In this document: positions 56,367-64,000 of the stretch, one piece after another
Layout of the letters: each line of letters starts with the position of its first letter
How positions within the stretch are numbered: the first letter of the stretch is position 1
Source: an uncultured Chloroflexota bacterium
Lineage (GTDB): Bacteria; Chloroflexota; Dehalococcoidia; Lucifugimonadales; UBA826
NCBI GenBank assembly: GCA_913048525.1
Contig: CAJWWP010000004.1
Coordinates: forward strand, 5,074 to 69,073
DNA: 64,000 nt
Reading direction: 5' to 3'
The notes under the pieces: model-generated
What the model was told of the DNA's origin: nothing
Seen by the model: the letters and a program-made list of their open reading frames with translations, nothing else
Databases searched by the model: none
Made by a program: the position numbers and the translations under genes

Positions 56367-57308
56367 CTAACTTCTTGGTTGTTCCGTCGGGACAGGATTG
56401 ATCAGTCCGTCTGCGAGAGAAAATGGGATTAGGTCATCCAATTCATCCAGAGTCCATCTTCCGTTTTTATGGATGCTTTTTATAACGTGCCTCGGTGAGT
56501 AAAGTGAAAGTGCCCAACCACTCGTACCAAATACCTGCCCGGAGATACCCTCCGCAGCCTCGGAAGATAAGTAGACGACTTTCGGTGCGTTGTTTGCAGG
56601 GTCTCTACTTTCTTCTGGGAGTTCAGTGGGGCTAGGTTGCGGAGCAAGCCCAGATGCCGCCCTCTGCACTTGTCTCAATTCTGTTGTACTTTGAGGGACC
56701 GTATCAGTCATTCTGGTAGCTCCGCCTGGATATACCGCATTTACCATAATGCCGTACGGATGCAATTCTTTAGCTACCGCTCTCGTGAAACCTACCATTC
56801 CTTCTTTGGCAGCAGCATAGTTGGCTTGCCCTGAAGCGCCTAATCCAGAGCCGGATGAAAAGAGAACGATTCGGCCATAATTTTGGTTTATCATGTATGG
56901 GGACACACTCCTAACCATATTGAAGGCTCCATAGAGGTGCACTTGGAGTACGGCGTCCCATTCTGCCTCAGTCATGTTGAATATCATCCGATCCCTTAAA
57001 ATTCCGGCAGGATGACAAAGAATATCTATTCTCCCAAAGTTATCAATGGCTGTTTTGACAATGCTTTGAGCTCCCTCATAATCTGCAACGGAGTCATAGC
57101 ATGCAACAGCGTCTCCTCCTAGCGCCTTTATTTCTTCCACCACCTGATCTGCGGGGGTTGCTGAATCACCACTTCCGTCGACCGCCGCTCCTAGATCATT
57201 GACGACTATTTTTGCTCCGTCTCTAGCCAGCCATAAAGCTACCTCTCGCCCAATGCCTCTTCCAGAACCCGTTACTATAGCGACTCTTTCTTTTACTCTG
57301 TCTCCCAT
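56367..57308 (-). CDS. SDR oxidoreductase, MFE-2/HSD17B4-type (3R)-hydroxyacyl-CoA dehydrogenase-like
   Basis: VAIVTGSGRGIGR, VVNDLGAAVDGSGDS..PADQVVEEIKALGGDAVACYDSV (the MFE-2 hallmark insert) and an intact SSGSG..ANYAAAK catalytic set. Confidence 0.87.
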   Translation of the reverse strand: MGDRVKERVAIVTGSGRGIGREVALWLARDGAKIVVNDLGAAVDGSGDSATPADQVVEEIKALGGDAVACYDSVADYEGAQSIVKTAIDNFGRIDILCHPAGILRDRMIFNMTEAEWDAVLQVHLYGAFNMVRSVSPYMINQNYGRIVLFSSGSGLGASGQANYAAAKEGMVGFTRAVAKELHPYGIMVNAVYPGGATRMTDTVPQSTTELRQVQRAASGLAPQPSPTELPEESRDPANNAPKVVYLSSEAAEGISGQVFGTSGWALSLYSPRHVIKSIHKNGRWTLDELDDLIPFSLADGLINPVPTEQPRS

Positions 57309-57373
57309 GGTATTTCTCTCCGTAGTTCGTTCTTTATATCGGAACTGCTCATGAACATTTAATTGTGTTTGAA

Positions 57374-58297
57374 TCAGAAACCAGTCCCCATCATTTTAGG
57401 AAATAATGTGTCCATTTCTTCCATGCTGAAGTTGCCCCATTTATTGACAACCTTTTCGATTTGAGGATTGGAATAAACGTAAAGACTTCCGCCTCTGACC
57501 CCCAGCACGTAGCCATTTATATTAGGAGATCTGTCCGTACAGAGGTAGACGGCTAGTGGAGCCACATTGTCTGGATGGTCTAGATAACCCTCTCCATCCC
57601 ACGTTTCAATTTCAGGAGAGGGCCCTATGCCCGCTCTTTGGTCCCTCGTTGGTCCCAAAACCTCGCTTATTCGTTTCTCTTCAACTGATCCCGTATAGAG
57701 ACGTGTTTCGGCGAGAGGAGATATAGCGTTAGCAGTGACTCCATATTTCCCGAGGTCTTTGGCAGTAGTCCTTGTCAGCCCGATAATTGCTTCCGAAGCG
57801 GCTGCATAGTTTGAACGTCCAACATCTCCTAGTCCCGAGTCGGCAGTCATGTTTACAATTCTGCCCCCTCTCTGTTGTCTGAACAAAATGGCCGCAAATT
57901 TAGTCGTTGTGAATGCGCTTTTGGCATTATTTGTTACAACGGAATCAAAATCGGTTGCTGTCATCTGGTAAATCATCCGGTCTCTTAGCGAACCAGCAGA
58001 GTTAACAAGAATATTTACGCTTCCAAAAGCATCGACGGCATTCTGTACCACTGATTCCCCTCCCTCCATTAACGAAACGTCGTCGTAATTGGCAACTGCG
58101 GTGCCCCCATTCGATTTTATTTCCTCCACTACCATGTCAGCAGGTTCCTTGGACGATCCTGTCCCGTCAACCTCTGTACCTTTATCGTTAACTACGACGG
58201 CAGCTCCCTCTTCAGAGAGAAGTTTGGCTATACCCTTTCCTATGCCCCTGCCACCCCCAGTCACGATGGCTACCTTGCCTTCCAGCCTGTTTCCCAT
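57374..58297 (-). CDS. SDR paralog of the MFE-2-like type with Y-x-x-x-S instead of Y-x-x-x-K
   Basis: VAIVTGGGRGIGK, VVNDKGTEVDGTGSSKEPADMVVEEIKSNGGTAVANYDDV. The catalytic region reads TADSG..SNYAAASEAI. Confidence 0.85.
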   Translation of the reverse strand: MGNRLEGKVAIVTGGGRGIGKGIAKLLSEEGAAVVVNDKGTEVDGTGSSKEPADMVVEEIKSNGGTAVANYDDVSLMEGGESVVQNAVDAFGSVNILVNSAGSLRDRMIYQMTATDFDSVVTNNAKSAFTTTKFAAILFRQQRGGRIVNMTADSGLGDVGRSNYAAASEAIIGLTRTTAKDLGKYGVTANAISPLAETRLYTGSVEEKRISEVLGPTRDQRAGIGPSPEIETWDGEGYLDHPDNVAPLAVYLCTDRSPNINGYVLGVRGGSLYVYSNPQIEKVVNKWGNFSMEEMDTLFPKMMGTGF

Positions 58298-58435
58298 TTT
58301 TAAACTTCTCCTTGTTTATACTAAACATTTGCAAAGCCTGTGTTCTCGCGCGAAGAACGCCCAATTTTCTGATTCGTTATTATAGGGGGACAATGCCCTT
58401 TTTTTTCAAGTCATAATCTCAGGAGTATAAATTAT

Positions 58436-59128
58436 ATGATTCACCAAAATTTCCATTGTGACTTCTTTTTTATTCGGCACGGCGAGTCCGAGTCTAACGC
58501 TACACCAGGTATGGCAGCTGGTGCTAATTATGACGCTCCTCTTACCCCTCTTGGTCAGGAACAAGCTCTTCTTCTAGGAAAAAGAATCAAGCTAGAAGAA
58601 TGGAATTTTGATCGTATTTATAGTTCTAGTCTTACCAGAACCGTACAGACTACAGAGTTAATGCTTGAAGGAATGGGACAAAAAGGCCGATCTTTTACCA
58701 AGGTTGACGCTATTATCGAACAACAGGTTCCGGGTTGGAGGGGAAAACCAATATCCGAGGTGATGACGGATGAGACTAAATTATATATGGCCACAAAAGG
58801 AAGAGATTTTGTGGGCCCGGACGGAGAATCCATTCGGGAAGTACAGCGCAGGGCCACCAACTGGTTGGAGGACGAGTTAGTCTACAATCGGGAATTAAGT
58901 TCACAACCTCTTTCTTTGAAAGTTGCCATAATAGGACACGGGAATACAAGCAGGTCAATATTTCAATATATTATGGGCTTCGATGACAGATTGATTTATA
59001 GGTTGGGAATAGACAATACTTCAATCTCACGATTCATGTTCGACAAAAATGGATGGTCTATATCATTTCTTAATGACAGATCTCATTTACAGGGTTGGAC
59101 GGACGGCAATTTCGAAGTCAGAAATTGA
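58436..59128 (+). CDS. Histidine phosphatase (phosphoglycerate mutase-like) family protein
   Basis: FFFIRHGESESN (RHG motif) and a later IIGHGNTSR. Confidence 0.85.
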   Translation: MIHQNFHCDFFFIRHGESESNATPGMAAGANYDAPLTPLGQEQALLLGKRIKLEEWNFDRIYSSSLTRTVQTTELMLEGMGQKGRSFTKVDAIIEQQVPGWRGKPISEVMTDETKLYMATKGRDFVGPDGESIREVQRRATNWLEDELVYNRELSSQPLSLKVAIIGHGNTSRSIFQYIMGFDDRLIYRLGIDNTSISRFMFDKNGWSISFLNDRSHLQGWTDGNFEVRN

Positions 59129-59159
59129 AATTTATGTAATGTCCTCTTGCGCAATAGGG

Positions 59160-61802
59160 TCAAACAGGATTTCCATAAAAGTCGCAAATTGTTATTGGTG
59201 ATTGAACTTCAGATAGCCCATTTTCTATAGTTGCCTTATCTCCAACTACTACGATTACCAGATTTCCCGGATTCACGTGTGTTTTGGCAGCATCCAATAT
59301 ATCGTTTCTCTGGAGCGATTTAATGGATTCAAGGCTGTGTCGAAAGTAGTCGTCCTGAAGGTCATGGGCTGCTATGCCTACAAGTGAAGACATCATTTGA
59401 GAATTAGTTTCAAAATTTGAGGGCATGCCTTTCAGTATTCCCTCCTTTGCTCGATCAAATTCATCTTCCCCGATAGGCCTGTCTGAATGCAGTTTGGCAA
59501 ACTCATCTATGATTTCTTTTACAGCTTCTTGAGTCACGTCAGTTTGCACACTGCCCCTAGCAAGCCATATTGAATTTTCTTGAAGCCAATCAATTCTAGA
59601 ATAAAACCCGTAACTATAACCTTTATCTTGTCTCAAGTTCAGATTGAGACGACTGGTGTAGTCACCTCCCAATACATAATTTACAAAAGAAAGAGCAAAA
59701 AAGTCTTTATGAGTTCTTGGCACCGTTAAATGTCCCGCGCGTATGACTGACTGAGGTGCTCCAGGTCTGTCAATGATGTATATTCCAGGCTTACCGTATA
59801 CGGCAGCATTCTCCGGGGTATGAGTGGGGGTATGTTTTTCTTCATTATTAAAAGATGTCTCGATCTTAGCTATAATTTTTTCTAGTTTTTCACTACCAAC
59901 AGCCACAAAAAACTTGGGATTTTCTAGAATATTTTTTTGATAATGGTCCAGGAGTCCCTGTCTGGTTATAAGCGATAGAGACTCTTCTGATCCAGACATC
60001 GAATGTCCGTAGGTTGAGGTCTGACCAAATAATATTCCTGCGCTTGCTATATCAGCTATTAAATCAGCATTATCTTTGAAGGTACTAAGATCAGCCATTT
60101 TTTCATTGCGTACTCTTGCCAACTCGTTGTCGGGGAACTCTGAGTTAGTGACTATATCGGCCAGTATTTCAATTCCCGTTTCTATATGGTTTGATAGGCC
60201 ACTAACTGAGGCAATTGAGTATTCTCGAGTCGTGCGATGAGAAAGACTGGAACCCAGAAATTCGATCTCTTCCGCTATTTGCGAACTGGTTCTTACCTTA
60301 GTTCCTTCCCCGAGCATTGTTGTAGTAAACCTAGTGAGACCTGGTATGTTTTGTGGATCACCGACTCCTCCAGTACCGAGAAGTATCGCAATACTTGTAA
60401 TGGGTAGTTGTGGATTGTTTAAATAAAGAATTTTGTTGCCATTCGAGAGTTCCACTCGTTCGGGTTTAGGTGGCGTGAAAGATACAGACCCGGATTCTTT
60501 CGGCATCTTACTTCTATCCAGACTGGGAATAGAGACGGTTTTATCTATTCTCGGGACGACTACCATTCTCACCATATCTTTTCCGAGTGAGTGCGCGACT
60601 TTTGAAACCTCTTCAGCCGTCACCGACCTGTAGCGTTCTATATCTTTGTTTATAAGTTCTGGATCGCCTCCAAGAACGTTATAAAAATTTAACTGATCCG
60701 CTCTACCTCCAAATCCTCCAATTTTTTCAAGTTGCTGAATGTGGTAGCTCTCAATTCTATTTCGTGCTCGTTCAATTTCATTTTGACTTGGAGGTGTTAT
60801 AGAGATATTTTGGACCTGATCCAAAATATCAACTTCAATAGACTCAAGTTCTATGCCGGGTGCTGCTGTTACCGTTAGATGAAATTCTCCAGCTATTTCC
60901 TGGCCGTGATTGAATGCACTAACGTCATAGGCTTTTTGAGTTTCATACACTAACTCTTTTTCAAGCCTGGAACTTCTTCCATCCGCGAGTATGACCGATA
61001 ATACGTCATAGGCGGCTTGCTCCTTAGTAAAATCAGGTGGGGTAGGCCAGGCCAAATATAATCGTGGAAGCTGAACTGAATCATCTAGTGTCACAGAAGT
61101 AGTGCCAGTAAGGGGAGAACCCATTTGATGAAGCCTAGGTACACTTTCGCCTGGACCAATATCACCGAAGTATTTCTCGGCACTACTGAAGGCTTCTTCG
61201 GGATCCACATCTCCAGCTATCGCTAGGCTCGCATTCGATGGATGATAATACCGACGGAAGAAATCCTTAACATCACTTAGACTTGCGGCGTCTAGGTCTT
61301 TCTGAGAACCAATAACTGGCCAGTTGTATGGATGAGGGGCTGGGAAAAGTAATTCTTGAAGTTTGAGTGATGCTAGGCCGTATGGTCTATTTTCATAACT
61401 TTGTCTCCGTTCATTTTTTACAACATCGCGTTGTAAATCGAACCTTTCCTGATCGAGTGCGTCTAGTAAGAAACCCATTCGGTCAGATTCCAACCAGAGT
61501 GCGAGATCCATGTAGTTGGAAGGAAGTGTTTCCCAGTAGTTGGTTCGGTCACTGGTCGTAGAACCATTTATGTTCGCACCTATTTTTTGAAGGGGCTCAA
61601 AGTAGTCCTTATTGTGATTCTTTGAACCTTCGAACATAACATGTTCAAAAAGATGGGCGAATCCGGTTTTTCCTGGTTCTTCATTTTTTGCCCCGACGTG
61701 GTACCACACATTTATTGCGACCATGGGGACTGAATGGTCTCTGTGGACTATTACGTCAAGTCCGTTTGAAAGGGTGCGCTTTTCGAATTGTATAGAGGTC
61801 AT
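59160..61802 (-). CDS. Double-length M16 family zinc peptidase
   Basis: GFAHLFEHVMFEGS (HxxEH) in the first unit, and a second M16-like unit after about residue 450. I use ATG 61802 (MTSIQFEK). The ORF-track start at 61853 overlaps the upstream MaoC gene. Confidence 0.87.
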   Translation of the reverse strand: MTSIQFEKRTLSNGLDVIVHRDHSVPMVAINVWYHVGAKNEEPGKTGFAHLFEHVMFEGSKNHNKDYFEPLQKIGANINGSTTSDRTNYWETLPSNYMDLALWLESDRMGFLLDALDQERFDLQRDVVKNERRQSYENRPYGLASLKLQELLFPAPHPYNWPVIGSQKDLDAASLSDVKDFFRRYYHPSNASLAIAGDVDPEEAFSSAEKYFGDIGPGESVPRLHQMGSPLTGTTSVTLDDSVQLPRLYLAWPTPPDFTKEQAAYDVLSVILADGRSSRLEKELVYETQKAYDVSAFNHGQEIAGEFHLTVTAAPGIELESIEVDILDQVQNISITPPSQNEIERARNRIESYHIQQLEKIGGFGGRADQLNFYNVLGGDPELINKDIERYRSVTAEEVSKVAHSLGKDMVRMVVVPRIDKTVSIPSLDRSKMPKESGSVSFTPPKPERVELSNGNKILYLNNPQLPITSIAILLGTGGVGDPQNIPGLTRFTTTMLGEGTKVRTSSQIAEEIEFLGSSLSHRTTREYSIASVSGLSNHIETGIEILADIVTNSEFPDNELARVRNEKMADLSTFKDNADLIADIASAGILFGQTSTYGHSMSGSEESLSLITRQGLLDHYQKNILENPKFFVAVGSEKLEKIIAKIETSFNNEEKHTPTHTPENAAVYGKPGIYIIDRPGAPQSVIRAGHLTVPRTHKDFFALSFVNYVLGGDYTSRLNLNLRQDKGYSYGFYSRIDWLQENSIWLARGSVQTDVTQEAVKEIIDEFAKLHSDRPIGEDEFDRAKEGILKGMPSNFETNSQMMSSLVGIAAHDLQDDYFRHSLESIKSLQRNDILDAAKTHVNPGNLVIVVVGDKATIENGLSEVQSPITICDFYGNPV

Positions 61803-61821
61803 GTGGGAATCGTAACCGAGT

Positions 61822-62259
61822 TTATGGTTTGGTGGGAAGAGCAAACTCAGCATGGCCTATAACAAGCCTGACACCTTCTTGGTTTTCCATAATAATATCG
61901 CATTCAAGATCAGTACTGTTTCCAGAATCGTCTTTATCTGTAACTAACCCGCTGAAAGTTAGAGGTTTCTCATGGGGTACCATTCCCCTAAAGACAACAT
62001 CTATTTTTTTGAGGCAAACGGTTGGAGACCAGTCAGTAAGAATCTGTGACATTAAAGCTATATTCATTGCTCCGGGCACTATTGCATTTGGAAGCCCTTC
62101 CTCTTTAGCAGCCTCTTCAGAAGTGAATCGTGATGGCTTTGGGTCAGATTCTCTAAGTGAGACAAATTCAAGTACTTGATCACTTTCTACCGTTCTTGTG
62201 ATGGGCCCTATGTCGTCACCGAGTTCAACGTCTTCGAAATAAACTATGTTTGTGTTCAC
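61822..62259 (-). CDS. MaoC-like (hot-dog fold) dehydratase subunit
   Basis: VESDQVLEFVSLRESDPKPSRFTSEEAAKEEGLPNAIVPGAMN fits the MaoC dehydratase layout. The start overlaps the upstream paralog stop by 4 nt. Confidence 0.82.
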   Translation of the reverse strand: MNTNIVYFEDVELGDDIGPITRTVESDQVLEFVSLRESDPKPSRFTSEEAAKEEGLPNAIVPGAMNIALMSQILTDWSPTVCLKKIDVVFRGMVPHEKPLTFSGLVTDKDDSGNSTDLECDIIMENQEGVRLVIGHAEFALPTKP

Positions 62260-62708
62260 TTGCTACGATTCCTCCTGACAAATGACTCATTGACGAGTGC
62301 TACAGTGTCATCTTTCTGGTTTGTAAAGGTTGTGCGCCAGACAGCAAAAACCATTTTTCCCGATCTTCCGGTTTTTGCATAAACTTCTTCCAGTCTCGTG
62401 GTGGCAGAAAGAGTATCCCCGGGCTTTATTTCTGATTTGCATTCTATGGATTGGCCAGCGAAAAAGCTTAAATCTCCGAATTCCAGACTTATGTCAGGCC
62501 TGGATACTCCGTTTACGAATATATTACATATCGTTGAAGGAGCAACAACTTCTCCAGTGCCGTCAGGTTTCCCGACATATTTTTGATCGGTCTCTCCAGT
62601 TGACCTGGCAAATCCCACTACCATCTCTCTGGTAACACTGAATGTACCGATGGGATGCTCTACTCCTAAAAGACTTCTGTCATACTTTATACCTTCATCA
62701 GTTGTCAT
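62256..62708 (-). CDS. MaoC N-terminal-like (FAS1/HadA-type hot-dog) subunit
   Basis: VTREMVVGFARSTGETDQKYV..VAPSTICNIF..GDLSFFAGQSIE matches the N-terminal MaoC-like dehydratase pattern. Confidence 0.78.
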   Translation of the reverse strand: MTTDEGIKYDRSLLGVEHPIGTFSVTREMVVGFARSTGETDQKYVGKPDGTGEVVAPSTICNIFVNGVSRPDISLEFGDLSFFAGQSIECKSEIKPGDTLSATTRLEEVYAKTGRSGKMVFAVWRTTFTNQKDDTVALVNESFVRRNRSK

Positions 62709-62741
62709 ATCTCATTCCTTTTTTATAGATATTGTTGCTGA

Positions 62742-63392
62742 TTATTTAATGGTTTCTTCTAGGCGCACAGGTCTAAACGTGCCTTTTCGCAGCTTTTCCA
62801 CGAGATCAACCTCATCTCTGATATCTTCGTTGAAGCTAGTCATGCAAGTACCTATTGCACTAACAATATGGGCATCACTTCCACCGGTCGCCTTATACCC
62901 TTTGTCTTTGATTAAGTCTTGTGCTTTTTCTCCTTCCCCCGGACGATTGGAGCCATTTAGTCCCTCAACTATTTTGATTGAGTCAAATCCTGTACGTCCG
63001 GCAGCGAGATATTCCGCAAATCCTATGCCACTTCTTCCGGGATGAGCTGGTATTGCTATTGCCCCCATATGGTCACAAATGTCGACAAGCTTTTCTGCTT
63101 CCATATTCACATTCGAAAAATCTATTTTTGAAGTGATCTCTTCAGTAACTCCGTAAACTAAAAAGTGACCGCAATCTGTATCTAATTCGGCCCCCTTAAG
63201 GATTAGGATCTGATTCTCCGCAGATAATGCTGAGTAATCAATATCGTGGTTAAACTGCCTGTGTTCGGTAAGGACGAAACCGTCTATGGTGTTTCCCTTC
63301 TTACGTAGTACCCCTGCCCAACGAACGTACTGTTCGACAGTGGCTCTGGAGTCGTCTGAAGCGATGGAATGAGTGTGGAGATCCAAGAACAT
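62742..63392 (-). CDS. PHP-domain metal-dependent phosphoesterase
   Basis: MFLDLHTHSIASDD.. (HxH), a later AIPAHPGR and GGSDAH. Confidence 0.85.
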   Translation of the reverse strand: MFLDLHTHSIASDDSRATVEQYVRWAGVLRKKGNTIDGFVLTEHRQFNHDIDYSALSAENQILILKGAELDTDCGHFLVYGVTEEITSKIDFSNVNMEAEKLVDICDHMGAIAIPAHPGRSGIGFAEYLAAGRTGFDSIKIVEGLNGSNRPGEGEKAQDLIKDKGYKATGGSDAHIVSAIGTCMTSFNEDIRDEVDLVEKLRKGTFRPVRLEETIK

Positions 63393-63586
63393 ATGGCTAT
63401 GAATACTAGGTTAGTACCTTTATTCAGTCAAGAAAAAAGTCATGTAAAAAAACCCCGAGAATTTCAGGAATTTAGGTCATGGTGGAATTTCTCTGGAGAA
63501 AAAGAAAGTTGATTCTTGGATATAAAGGCCCTATCAGATAGACTCGGGGTGATGGATATTATTTCCAATATTAAGGAGAGAATCAA

Positions 63587-64000
63587 ATGGATCTAGGTAT
63601 AACCGGCAAAGTTGCACTGATTACTGGGGGTAGCAGAGGGCTTGGGAGGCAGAGTGCTTTGGCACTGGCTAGTGAAGGGGTAAATGTGGCGATTTGCGGA
63701 AGAACAAATTCCTCACTGGACTCCACCGTAAAAGAAATTGAAAAATTTGGGGTAGATGTTGTTGGAATTCTCGCGGACGTGACTGAGTTAGATGACATAC
63801 GATCTTTGCATAGCGAAGTGTGTAATTCACTTGGGGCTGTGGATATACTCGTTAATAATGCCGGAGGATCCCTATCACGAGAGGATATTCAAGGCACAAG
63901 TTTAGACGATTTCAAAAAGACCTTCGACCTTAATCTGTTTGGGGGATTTGAGTTGATGAAACTCGCTATCCCTCACATGAAACAAAACAAGTGGGGGAGA
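63587..64000 (+). CDS. SDR family oxidoreductase (FabG-like); 3' end runs off the window
   Basis: My translation from ATG 63587 (AAGGAGAG upstream) gives MDLGITGKVALITGGSRGLGRQSALALASEG..ILVNNAGG. Confidence 0.85.
   Translation, partial: MDLGITGKVALITGGSRGLGRQSALALASEGVNVAICGRTNSSLDSTVKEIEKFGVDVVGILADVTELDDIRSLHSEVCNSLGAVDILVNNAGGSLSREDIQGTSLDDFKKTFDLNLFGGFELMKLAIPHMKQNKWGR

Noticed and set aside
1-64000. Scan of intergenic regions for tRNA, rRNA, CRISPR repeats, transposase/integrase genes and terminal inverted repeats.
   Set aside because: Nothing was found by eye. The largest intergenic gaps (30639-31155, 35084-35372, 43047-43295) contain no cloverleaf-like or repeat-spacer structure. 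A tRNAscan/Infernal run would be the definitive check.

Overview
This 64 kb window is densely coding (about 60 CDS, roughly 90% coding, many 4-8 nt overlaps and frequent TTG/GTG starts). I saw no rRNA, tRNA, CRISPR array, transposase or integrase. All product calls rest on motifs I recognise in the translations; no similarity search was possible.

Housekeeping genes:
- A long minus-strand pyrimidine array: PyrR-binding leader, pyrR, pyrB, pyrC, carA, a GDPD-family insert, carB, an OsmC-like gene and sbcC.
- rph, aroK-aroB-tauE-tgt, uvrA, holB, htpX, a greA-like gene and an ABC-F ATPase.

Catabolic and redox modules:
- Family-I CoA-transferase A/B.
- A YdiJ-like FAD/Fe-S oxidase.
- An acyl-CoA synthetase, an enolase-superfamily enzyme and an alpha/beta hydrolase.
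- A three-subunit molybdenum hydroxylase, with XdhC and MocA-like maturation genes about 5 kb away.
- Two tandem MFE-2-like SDRs, a MaoC-like pair and two M16 peptidases.

The gene content and roughly 42% GC fit a streamlined marine aerobic heterotroph, possibly Chloroflexota/SAR202-like. That is a guess, not a demonstrated result.

Most notable observations:
1. An OsmC-family gene is split by the ORF track at a single in-frame TGA. The TGA sits on the first conserved cysteine and is followed by a SECIS-like hairpin, so this is a candidate selenoprotein.
2. A threonine-synthase-like PLP enzyme, a NIL-domain protein and a CysO-like ubiquitin-fold protein ending GG-F form a cluster. It looks like a protein-thiocarboxylate sulfur amino acid pathway.
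3. A second MoaD/CysO-like protein, ending GG-R, is the last gene of the Mo-hydroxylase operon.
4. A 590-aa membrane protein is built from six repeats of a two-helix module ending in a W-x-x-H-W-like motif.
5. Of the tandem MFE-2-like SDR paralogs, one has Y-x-x-x-S in place of the catalytic Y-x-x-x-K. They lie near a MaoC pair with a non-canonical hydratase motif.
6. A GreA domain carries a 130-aa N-terminal extension.

I found no clear defence island or mobile element.
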